A DNA stretch of 50,727 bases, taken from positions 992,001 through 1,042,727 of the forward strand of contig BROI01000011.1 of assembly GCA_027923505.1 (NCBI GenBank), given 5' to 3'. Numbering within the stretch: the first letter of the stretch is position 1; every line of letters begins with the position of its first letter. A program made the position numbers and the translations under genes. Origin of the DNA: Mayamaea pseudoterrestris. Its lineage: Eukaryota. This document shows, piece after piece, positions 9,955 to 22,400 of this stretch. The notes below the pieces were generated by a model. That model was not told the origin of the DNA. It made no database searches and saw only the letters and a program-made list of their open reading frames with translations.

Positions 9955-12900
9955 TTTTGGCTGCAGGAACATCAGCATTGCCTGCTGAGCCCTCCAATAT
10001 CTTTCACATCATATAAGTTGTCATGATGGGCCATAAGTTGGTCAGTTGCACCTCAGTACCATCACCACGTATGCCACGGTGAGACTGAGCAGATCCAACA
10101 ACTTGTTGGATCTGCTAGCAATGCACCTCAAGTGGCAAGTGAGACTTCCAAAATGGCCAAAAGACCCCATAAAACAACAAAAATGGACTCTAACATTGAA
10201 TGGGGCTCATAGACTTGTCCATTTGGGTGTGGAAGCTATCACTATGCCCTGAATGCCCGCACATTCAACAACTGGTTGAATGTGCCAGCATTGCTCCCTT
10301 TTTGGCTGCAGGGATCATCAGCATTGCCTGCTGAGCCCTCCAATATCTTTCACATCATGTTTGTTGTCATGATGGGCCATAACTTAGTCATTTGCACTGC
10401 AGTATTCACCGCCACACATGCCATGGTGAGACTGAGCAGATCCAACAACTTGTTGGATCTGCCAGCAGTGCACCTCAACTGGCAAGCGAGACTTCCAAAA
10501 TGGCCTCCAGACCCCATAATACAACTAACATAGACTTTAACATTGAATGGGACTCATAGACTTATCCGTTTGGGTGTGGAAGCCATCACTATGCCCAGAA
10601 ACTCTGCACATTCAACAACTGGTTGAATGTGCCAGCCCTGCTCCCTTTTTGGCTGCAGGGATCATCAGCATTGCCTGCTGAGCCCTCCAATATCTTTCAC
10701 ATCATATAAGATGTCATGATGGGCCATAAGTTGGTCAGTTGCAGCTCAGTATCCATCACCATGTATGTCATGGTGAGACTGAACAGATCCAACAACTTGT
10801 TGGATCTGCTAGCGGTGCACCTCAAGTGGCAAATGAGACTTCCAAAATGGCCACCAGACCCCATAATACAACAAACATAGACTCTAACATTGAATGGGGC
10901 TCATAGACTTGTACATTTGGGTGTGGAAGCCATCACTATGCCCTGAAACTCCGCACATTCAACAACTGGTTGAATGTGCCAGCATTGCTCACTTTTTGGC
11001 TGCAGAAATCATCAGCATTGCCTGCTGAGCCCTCCAATATCTTTCACATCATATAAGTTGTCATGATGGGCCATAAGTTGGTCAGTTGCACTGCAGTTTT
11101 CCATCACCATGTATGCCATGGTGAGACTGAACAGATCCAACAATTTGTTGGATCTGCCAGTGGTGCACCTCAAGTGGCAAGCAAGACTTTTAAAATGGCC
11201 TCAAGACCCCATAATACAACTAACATAGACTCTAACATTGAATGGGGCTCATAGACTTATCTGTTTGGGTGTGGAAGCCATCACTATGCCCTGAAACTCC
11301 GCACATTCAACAACTGGTTGAATGTGCCAGCATTGCTTCCTTTTTTGGCTGCAGGGATCATCAGCATTGCCTGCTGAGCCCTCCAATATCTTTCACATCA
11401 TATAAGTTGTCATGATGGGCCATAAGTTGGTCAGTTGCACTGCAGTATCCATCACCACTTAGGTCATGGTGAGACTGAGCAGATCCAACAACTTGTTGGA
11501 TCTGCCAGCGGTGCACCTCAAGTGGCAAGTGAGACTTCCAAAATGGCCACCAGACCCCATAATACAACAAACATGGACTCTAACATTGAATGGGGCTCAT
11601 AGACTTGTACATTTGGGTGTGGAAGCCATCACTATGCCCTGAAACTCCGCACATTCAACAACTGGTTAAATTTGCCAGCATTGCTCCCTTTTTGGCTGCA
11701 GGGATCATCAGCATTGCCTGCTGAGCCCTCCAATATCTTTCACATCATATAAGTTGTCATGATGGGCCATAAGTTGGTCAGTTGCACTGCAGTATTCGTC
11801 ACCATGTATGCCATGGTGAGACTGAGCAGAATACAACAAACATGGACTCTAACATTGAATGGGGCTCATAGACTTGTACATTTGGGTGTGGAAGCCATCA
11901 CTATGCCCTGAAACTCCGCACATTCAACAACTGGTTAAATTTGCCAGCATTGCTCCCTTTTTGGCTGCAGGGATCATCAGCATTGCCTGCTGAGCCCTCC
12001 AATATCTTTCACATCATATAAGTTGTCATGATGGGCCATAAGTTGGTCAGTTGCACTGCAGTATTCGTCACCATGTATGCCATGGTGAGACTGAGCAGAC
12101 ATTGTTGGATCTGCCGTGCATGGCAAGTGAGACGCCAGACCCCATAATACAACTTACATAGACTCTGACATTGAATGGGGCTCATAGACTTATCCGTTTG
12201 GGTGTGGAAGCCATCACTATGCCTAGAAACTCCGCACATTCAACAACTGGTTGAATGTGCCAGCATTGCTCCCTTTTGACTGCAGGGATCATCAGCATTG
12301 CCTGCTGAGCCCTCCAATATCTGTCCCATCATATCAGTTGTCATGATGGGCCATAAGTTGGTCAGTTGCACTGCAGTATCCATCACCTTTTATGCCATGG
12401 TGAGACTGGCGCAACAACTTGTTGGATCTGCCAGCGGCACCTCAAGTGGCAAGCGAGACTTCCAAAATGGCTCCAGACCCCATAATACAACACACCACAG
12501 GACTCTAACAGTGCCATAGACTTGTCCGTTTGGGTGTGGAAGCCATCACTATGCCCTGAAACTCCGCAAATCAACAACTGGTTGAATGTGCCAGCTACAC
12601 TTGCTCCCTTTTTGGCTGCAGATATCATCAGCATTGCCTGCTGAGCCCTCCAGTATCTTTCACATCATATAAGTTGTCATGATGGGCCATAAGTTGGTCA
12701 GTTGCACTGCAGTATCCATCACCATGTATGCCATGGTGAGACTGAGCAGATCCAACAACTTGTTGGATCTGCCAGCGGTGCACCTCAAGTGGCAAGCGAG
12801 ACTTCCAAAATGGCTTCCAGACCCCATTATACAACAACCATGGACTCTAACAGTGAATGGGCTCATAGACTTGTCCGTTTGGGTGTGGAAGCCATCACTA

Positions 12901-15900
12901 TGCCCTGAAACTCCGCACATTAACAACTGGTTGAATGTGCCAGCATTGCTCCCTTTTTGGCTGCAGGGATCATCAGCATTGCCTGCTGAGCCCTCCAATA
13001 TCTTTCACATCATATAAGTTGTCATGATGGGCCATAAGTTGGTCAGTTGCACTGCAGTATCCATCACCATGTATGCCATGTTGAGACTGAGCAGATCCAA
13101 CAACTTGTTGGATCTGCCAGCGGTGCACCTCAAGTGGCAAGTGAGACTTCCAAAATGGCCACCAGACCCCATAATACAACAAATATGGACTCTAACAGTG
13201 AATGGGGCTCATAGACTTGTCCGTTTGGGTGTGGAAGCCATAACTATGCCCTGAAACTCCGCACATTCAACAACTGGTTGAGTGTGCCAGCATTGCTCCC
13301 TTTTTATCTGCAGGCATCATCAGCATTGCCTGCTGAGCCCTCCAATATCTTTTACATCATATAAGTTGTCATGATGGGCCATAAGTTGGTCAGTTGCACT
13401 GCAGTATCCATCACCATGTATGCCATGGTGAGACTGAGCAGATCCAGCAACTTGTTGGATCTGCCAGTAATGCACCTCAAGTGGCAAGCGAGACTTGCAA
13501 AATGGCTACCAGACCCCATAATACAACACACATGGACTCTAACTTTGAATGGGGTTCATAGACTAAAACATTTGGGTGTGGAAGCCATCACTATGCCCTG
13601 AAACTCCGCACATTCAACAACTGGTTGAATGTGCCAGCATTCCCTTTTTGCTGCATCAGCATTGCCTGCGGCCCAGTCACACATATATGTCAATGATGGG
13701 CCATAAGTTGGTTAGTTGCACTGCAGTATCCATCACCATGTATGCCATGGTGAGACTGAGCAGATCCAACAACTTGTTGGATCTGCTAGCAGTGCACCTC
13801 AAGTGGCAAGCGAGACTTCCAAAATGGCCTCAAGACCCCAAAATACAACAAACATGGACTCTAACATTGAATAGGGCTCATAGACATATCCGTTTGGGTG
13901 TGGAAGCCATCACTATGCCCTGAAACTCAGCACATTCAACAACTGGTTGAATGTGCCAGCCCTGCTCCCTTTTTGGCTGCAGGGATCATCAGCATTGCCT
14001 GCTGAGCCCTCCAATATCTTTCACATCATATAAGTTGTCATGATGGGCCATAAGTGGTCAGTTGCACTGCAGTATCCATCACCATGTATGCCATGTTGAG
14101 ACTGAGCAGATCCAACAACTTGTTGGATCTGCCAGCGGTGCACCTCAAGTGGCAAGTGAGACTTCCAAAATGGCCACCAGACCCCATAATACAACAAACA
14201 TGGACTCTAACATTGAATGGGGCTCATAGACTTATCCGTTTGGGTGTGAAAGCCATTACTATGCCCTGAAACTCCGCACATTCAACAACTGGTTGAATGT
14301 GCCAGCATTGCTTCCTTTTTTGGCTGCAAGGATCATCAGCATTGCCTGCTGAGCCCTCCACTATCTTTTACATCATATAAGATGTCATGATGGGCCATAA
14401 TTTGGTCAGTTGTACTGCTGAATCCATCACCATGTATGCCATGGTGAGACTGAGCATATCCAACAACGTGTTGGATCTGCCAGTGGTGCACCTCAAGTGG
14501 CAAGTGAGACTTCCAAAATGGCCACCAGACCCCATAATACAACAAACATGGACTCTAACATTGAATGGGGCTCATAGACTTGTCCGTTTGGGTGTGGAAG
14601 CCATCACTATGCACTGAAACTCCGCACATTCAACAACTAGTTGAATGTGCCAGCATTGCTCCCTTATTGGCTGCAGGGATCATCAGCATTGCCTGCTGAG
14701 CCCTCCACTATCTTTCACATCATATAAGTTGTCATGATGGGCCATAAGTTAGTTGGTCAGTTGCACTGCAGTATCCATCATCATGTATGCCATGGTGAGA
14801 CTGAGCAGATCCAACAACTTGTTGGATCTGCCAGCAGTGCACCTCAAGTGGCAAGTGAGACTTCCAAAATGGCCACCAGACCCCATAATACAACAAACAT
14901 AGACTCTAACATTGAATGGGGCTCATAGACTTGTGCATTGGGTGTGGAAGCCATCACTATGCCCTGAAACTCCGCACATTCAACAACTGGTTGAATGTGC
15001 CAGCATTGCTCCCTTTTTGGCTGCAGGGATCATCAGCATTGCCTGCTGAGCCCTCCAATATCTTTTACATCTTTTTTGTTGTCATGATGGGCCATAAGTG
15101 GTCAGTTGCACTGCAGTATCCATCACCATGTATGCCATGGTGAGACTGAGCAGATCCAACAACTTGTTGGATCTGCCAGCGGTGCACCTCAAGTGGCAAG
15201 TGAGACTTCCAAAATGGCCTCCAGACCCCATAATACAACTAACATGGACTCTAACATTGAATGGGGCTCATAGACTTGTCCATTTGGGTGTGGAAGCCAT
15301 CACTATGCCCTGAAACTCCGCACATTCAACAACTGATTGAATGTGCCAGCAGTGCTCCCTTTTTGGCTGCAGGGATCATCAGCATTGCCTGCTGAGCCAT
15401 CCAATATCTTTCACATCATGTTTGTTGTCATGATGGGCCATAAGTTGGTCAGTTGCACTGCAGTAAACATCACCATGTATGCCATGGTGAGACTGAGCAG
15501 ATCCAACAACTTGTTGGATCTGCTAGCAGTGCACCTCAAGTGGCAAGCGAGACTTCCAAAATGGCCTCAAGACCCCATAATACAACAATCATAGACTCTA
15601 ACATTGAATAGGGCTCATAGACGTATCCATTTGGGTGTGGAAGCCATCACTATGCCCTGAAACTCCGCACATTCAACAACTGGTTGAATGTGCCAGCCCT
15701 GCCCCCTTTTTTGCTGCAGGGATCATCAGCATTGCCTGCTGAGCCCTCCAATATCTTTCACTTCTTGTTTGTTGTCATGATGGGCCATAAGTTGGTCAGT
15801 TGCACTGCAGTATCCATCACCATGTATGCCATGGTGAGACTGAGCAGATCCAACAACTTGTTGGATCTGCCAGCGGTGCACCTCAAGTGGCAAGTGAGAC

Positions 15901-18900
15901 TTCCAAAATAGCCACCAGACCCCATAATACAACAAACATGGACTCTAACATTGAATGGGGCTCATAGACTTATCCGTTTGGGTGTGAAAGCCATTACTAT
16001 GCCCTGAAACTCCGCACATTCAACAACTGGTTGAATGTGCCAGCATTGCTTCCTTTTTTGGCTGCAGGGATCATCAGCATTGCCTGCTGTGCCCTCCAAT
16101 ATCTTTTACATCGTATAAGATGTCATGATGGGCCATAATTTGGTCAGTTGCACTGCTGTATCCATCACCATGTATGCCATGGTGAGACTGAGCATATCCA
16201 ACAACGTGTTGGATCTGCCAGCGGTGCACCTCAAGTGGCAAGTGAGACTTCCAAAATGGCCACCAGACCCCATATTACAACAAGCGTTGACTCTAACAGT
16301 GAATGGGGCTCATAGACTTGTCCATTTGGGTGTGGAAGCCATCACTATGCCCTGAAACTCCGCACATTCAACAACTGGTTGAATGTGCCAGCCCTGCCCC
16401 CTTTTTTGCTGCAGGGATCATCAGCATTGCCTGCTGAGCCCTCCAATATGTTTCACATCATCTTCATTGTCATGATGGGCCATAAGATGGTCAGTTGCAC
16501 CTCAGTATTCATCACCATGTATGCCATGGTGAGACTGAACTGACCCCACAACTTGTTGGATCTGCCAGCGGTGCACCTCAAGTGGCAAGTGAGACTTCCA
16601 AAATGGCCACCAGACCCCATAATACAATAAACATGGACTTTAACAGTGCATGGGACTCATAGACTTGTCCATTGGGTGTGGAAGCCATCACTATGCCCTG
16701 AAACTCCGCACATTCAACAACTGGTTGAATGTGCCAGCATTGCTCCCTTTTTGGCTGCAGGGATCATCAGCATTGCCTGCTGAGCCCTCCACTATCTTTT
16801 ACATCATATAAGATGTCATGATGGGCCATAAGATGGTCAGTTGCACCTCAGTGTCCATCACCATGTATGTTATGTTGAGACTGAGCAGATCCAACAATTT
16901 GTTGGATCTGCCAGTGGTGCACCTCAGGTGGCAAGTGAGACTTCCAAAATGGCCACCAGACCCCATAATACAACAAACATGGACTGTAACAGTGAATGGG
17001 ACTCATAGACTTGTTCTTTTAGGTGTGGAAGCCATCACTATGCCCTGAGACTCCGCACATTCAACAACTGTTTGAATGTGCCAGCCCTGCTCCCCTTTGT
17101 GGCTACAGGGATCATCAGCATTGCCTGCTGAGCCCTCCAATATATTTCATATCATATTGTTGTCATGATAAGCCATTAATCAGTTGCACCTCGGTATCCT
17201 TCACCATGTATGCCATGGAGGAGACTGAGCAGATCCAACAACTTGTTGGATCTGCCAGCGGTGCACCTCAAGTGGCAAGTGAGACTTCCAAAATGGCCTT
17301 CAGTCCCCATAATACAACTAACATGAACTGTAACAGTGAATGGGGCTCATAGACTTATCCATGTTGGGTGTGGAAGCCATCACTATGCCCTGAGACTCAG
17401 CACATTCAACAACTGGTTGAATGTGCCAGCCCTGCTCCCTTTGTGGCTGCAGGGATCATCAGCATTGCCTGCTGAGCCCTCCAATATATTACAAATAGGT
17501 TGGTTGTCATGATGGGCCATGAGTTGGTCAGTTGCACCTCAGTATCCTTCACCATGTATGCCATGGTGAGACTGAGCAGATCCAACAACTTGTTGGATCT
17601 GCCAGCAGTGCACCTCAAGTGGCAAGTGAGACTTCCAAAATGGCCTGCAGACCCCATAATACAACAAACATGGACTGTAACAGTGAATGGGAATCATTGA
17701 TTTGTCCATTGGGGTGTGGAAGCCATCGCTATGCCCTAAAACTCAGCAAATTCAACAACTGGTTGAATGTGCCAGCCCTGCTCGCTTTGTGGCTGCAGGG
17801 ATCATCAGCATAGTCTGCTGAGCCCTCCAATATCCTTAAATATGTTTCTTATCATGATGGGCCATAAGTTGGTAGTTGCACCTCAGTATCCATCACCGTG
17901 TATGCCATGGTGAGACTGAACTGACCCTACAACTTGTTGGATCTGCCAGCGGTGCACCTCAAGTGGCAAGTGAGACTTTAAAAATGGCCTCCAGACCCCA
18001 TAATACAACTAACATGGACTGTAACAGTGAATGGGACTCATAGACTTGTTCTTTTAGGTGTGGAAGCCATCACTATGCCCTGAGACTCCGCACATTCAAC
18101 AACTGGTTGAATGTGCCAGCCCTGCTCCCTTTTTGGTTGCAGGGATCATCAGCATTGCCTGCTGAGCCCTCCAATATGTTTCGTTTTATGTTTGTTGTCA
18201 TGATGGGCCATGAGTTGGTCAGTTGCACCTCAGTATCTTTACCATGTATGCCACGGTGAGAGTGAGCAGATCCAACAACTTGTTGGATCTGCCAGCAGTG
18301 CACCGCAAGTGGCAAGTGAGACTTCCAAAATGGTCTCCAGACCCCATATTCCAACTAACATGGACTTTACCAGTAAATGGAACTCAAAGACTTGTCCATT
18401 GGGGTGTGGAAGCCATCACTATGCCCTGAGACTCCGCACATTCAACAACTGGTTGAATGTGCCAGCCCTGCTCCCCTTTGTGGCTACAGGGATCATCAGC
18501 ATTGCCTGCTGAGCCCTCCAATATATTTCATATCATATTTGTTGTCATGATAAGCCATAAGAAATCAGTTGCACCTCGGTATCCTTCACCATGTATGCCA
18601 TGGTGTGACTGAGCCGACCCTACAACTTGTTGGATCTGCCAGCGGTGCACCTCAAGTGGCAAGTGAGACTTCCAAAATGGCCTGCAGACCCCATAATACA
18701 ACTAACATGGACTGTAATTGTGAATGGGATTCATAGACTTGTCCAATGGGGTGTGGAAGCCATCACTATGCCCTGAGACTCAGCACATTCAACAACTGGT
18801 TGAATGTGCCAGCCCTGCTCCCTTTGTGGCTGCAGGGATCATCAGCATTGCCTGCTGAACCCTCCAATATATTTCAAATAGGTTGGTTGTCATGATGGGC

Positions 18901-19453
18901 CATAAGGCGGTCAGTTGCACCTCAGTATCCATCACCGTGTGTGCCATGGAGGAGACTGAACCGACCCTACAACTTGTTGGATCTGCCAGCGGTGCACCTC
19001 AAGTGGCAAGTGAGACTTCCAAAATGGCCTGCAGACCCATAATACAACAAATATGGACTGTAACAGTGAATGGGATTCATTGATTTGTCCATTGGGGTGT
19101 GGAAGCCATCACTATGCCCTAAAACTCAGCACATTCAACAACTGGTTGAATGTGCCAGCCCTGCTCCCTTTGTGGCTGCAGGGATCATCAGCATTGCCTG
19201 CTGAGCCCTCCAATATCTTTCATATCATGTTTGTTGTCATGATAGGCCATAAGTTGGTCAGTTGCACCTCAGTATCCATCACCTTGAAAGCCATGGTGAG
19301 ACTGAGCTGACCCTACAACTTGTTGGATCTGCCAGCAGTGCACCTCAAGTGGCAAGTGAGACTTCCAAAATGGCCTCCAGACCCCATAATACAATAAACA
19401 TGGACTTTAACAGTGCATGGGACTCATAGACTTGTTTTTTTGGTGTGGAAGCC
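9955..19453. repeat. Satellite B: about 347-bp unit (diverged dimer of about 170+177 bp), about 28 copies
   Basis: The anchor ATCAGCATTGCCTGCTGAG occurs at 9971, 10317, 10664, 11011, 11360, 11707 and onward to about 19187. The two halves align, e.g. GAGACTGAGCAGATCCAACAACTTGTTGGATCTGCCAGC vs GAAACTCCGCACATTCAACAACTGGTTGAATGTGCCAGC. Confidence 0.97.
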
Positions 19454-22400
19454 CAGGAGGCTGCCAAAACAAATTCCAGGGTATCTTGTCCCTCGCCATG
19501 GCGCCAGGGTGGGGCCTCTTTTGCCCAGGGCGTTGGGTGTACATACCAGCCCCGGTCTGGAAGCAGGCAACATGCAGGAGGCAAATGCACAAAGTGAATG
19601 CACTATACAATATCCATTTGTGACCTTGGATCATGCCCCAAGCCAGTTTACAAAGAGATTGTGGGGATCTGTTGTTTGCCACTGCTAGGGTAGGCAGTCA
19701 CATAGTACCTGCTAACTGAAGCTGCTGACCTGAGGGCAAAAGGCAAGCAGGAGGCTGATGCGCAAAACAAATTCACCAAGGAGGTCTTTCTTGTGCCCTC
19801 GGATCATGCACAGTGACTGTACGCATAGAGTGTGTGGGCACTTCATGTTTGCCACTGCTAGGTTGGTGTTCGGCAGTTGGTAGTAAGCAACATCTGCGGA
19901 TCTGGAAGCAGGCAACATGCAGGAGGCAAATGCACAAAGTGAATGCACTATACAATATCCATTTGTGACCTTGGATCATGCCCCAAGCCAGTTTACAAAG
20001 AGATTGTGGGGATCTGATGTTTGCCACTGCTAGGGTAGGCAGTCACATAGTACCTGCTAACTGAAGCTGCTGACCTGAAGGCAAAAGGCAAGCAGGAGGC
20101 TGATGCGCAAAACAAATTCACCAAGGAGGTATGTCTTGTGCCCTCGGATCATGCACAGTGGCTGTACGCATAGAGTGTGTGGGCACTTCATGTTTGCCAC
20201 TGCTAGGTTGGTGTTCGGCAGTTGGGTAGTACATACCAGCAACTTCTGCGGATCTGGAAGCAGGCAACATGCAGGAGGCAAATGCACAAAGTGAATGCAC
20301 TATACAATATCCATTTGTGACCTTGGATCATGCCCCAAGCCAGTTTACAAAGAGATTGTGGGGATCTGATGTTTGCCACTGCTAGGGTAGGCAGTCACAT
20401 AGTACCTGCTAACTGAAGCTGCTGACCTGAAGGCAAAAGGCAAGCAGGAGGCTGATGCGCAAAACAAATTCACCAAGGAGGTATGTCTTGTGCCCTCGGA
20501 TCATGCACAGTGGCTGTACGCATAGAGTGTGTGGGCACTTCATGTTTGCCACTGCTAGGTTGGTGTTCGGCAGTTGGGTAGTACATACCAGCAACTTCTG
20601 CGGATCTGGAAGCAGGCAACATGCAGGAGGCAAATGCACAAAGTGAATGCACTATACAATATCCATTTGTGACCTTGGATCATGCCCCAAGCCAGTTTAC
20701 AAAGAGATTGTGGGGATCTGATGTTTGCCACTGCTAGGGTAGGCAGTCACATAGTACCTGCTAACTGAAGCTGCTGACCTGAAGGCAAAAGGCAAGCAGG
20801 AGGCTGATGCGCAAAACAAATTCACCAAGGAGGTATGTCTTGTGCCCTCGGATCATGCACAGTGGCTGTACGCATAGAGTGTGTGGGCACTTCATGTTTG
20901 CCACTGCTAGGTTGGTGTTCGGCAGTTGGGTAGTACATACCAGCAACTTCTGCGGATCTGGAAGCAGGCAACATGCAGGAGGCAAATGCACAAAGTGAAT
21001 GCACTATACAATATCCATTTGTGACCTTGGATCATGCCCCAAGCCAGTTTACAAAGAGATTGTGGGGATCTGATGTTTGCCACTGCTAGGGTAGGCAGTC
21101 ACATAGTACCTGCTAACTGAAGCTGCTGACCTGAAGGCAAAAGGCAAGCAGGAGGCTGATGCGCAAAACAAATTCACCAAGGAGGTATGTCTTGTGCCCT
21201 CGGATCATGCACAGTGGCTGTACGCATAGAGTGTGTGGGCACTTCATGTTTGCCACTGCTAGGTTGGTGTTCGGCAGTTGGGTAGTACATACCAGCAACT
21301 TCTGCGGATCTGGAAGCAGGCAACATGCAGGAGGCAAATGCACAAAGTGAATGCACTATACAATATCCATTTGTGACCTTGGATCATGCCCCAAGCCAGT
21401 TTACAAAGAGATTGTGGGGATCTGATGTTTGCCACTGCTAGGGTAGGCAGTCACATAGTACCTGCTAACTGAAGCTGCTGACCTGAAGGCAAAAGGCAAG
21501 CAGGAGGCTGATGCGCAAAACAAATTCACCAAGGAGGTATGTCTTGTGCCCTCGGATCATGCACAGTGGCTGTACGCATAGAGTGTGTGGGCACTTCATG
21601 TTTGCCACTGCTAGGTTGGTGTTCGGCAGTTGGGTAGTACATACCAGCAACTTCTGCGGATCTGGAAGCAGGCAACATGCAGGAGGCAAATGCACAAAGT
21701 GAATGCACTATACAATATCCATTTGTGACCTTGGATCATGCCCCAAGCCAGTTTACAAAGAGATTGTGGGGATCTGATGTTTGCCACTGCTAGGGTAGGC
21801 AGTCACATAGTACCTGCTAACTGAAGCTGCTGACCTGAAGGCAAAAGGCAAGCAGGAGGCTGATGCGCAAAACAAATTCACCAAGGAGGTATGTCTTGTG
21901 CCCTCGGATCATGCACAGTGGCTGTACGCATAGAGTGTGTGGGCACTTCATGTTTGCCACTGCTAGGTTGGTGTTCGGCAGTTGGGTAGTACATACCAGC
22001 AACTTCTGCGGATCTGGAAGCAGGCAACATGCAGGAGGCAAATGCACAAAGTGAATGCACTATACAATATCCATTTGTGACCTTGGATCATGCCCCAAGC
22101 CAGTTTACAAAGAGATTGTGGGGATCTGATGTTTGCCACTGCTAGGGTAGGCAGTCACATAGTACCTGCTAACTGAAGCTGCTGACCTGAAGGCAAAAGG
22201 CAAGCAGGAGGCTGATGCGCAAAACAAATTCACCAAGGAGGTATGTCTTGTGCCCTCGGATCATGCACAGTGGCTGTACGCATAGAGTGTGTGGGCACTT
22301 CATGTTTGCCACTGCTAGGTTGGTGTTCGGCAGTTGGGTAGTACATACCAGCAACTTCTGCGGATCTGGAAGCAGGCAACATGCAGGAGGCAAATGCACA

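Noticed and set aside
11562..12098. 269-bp local duplication in satellite B breaking at the palindrome's left arm
   Set aside because: It is a single case directly adjoining error-like sequence. It cannot be distinguished from an assembly artefact, so it was not used as evidence of hairpin-induced breakage.
9955..19453. CRISPR-like reading of the regularly spaced 27-bp palindromes
   Set aside because: The intervening sequences are conserved repeat copies of about 145 bp, not unique spacers. There are no cas genes and the context is eukaryotic.
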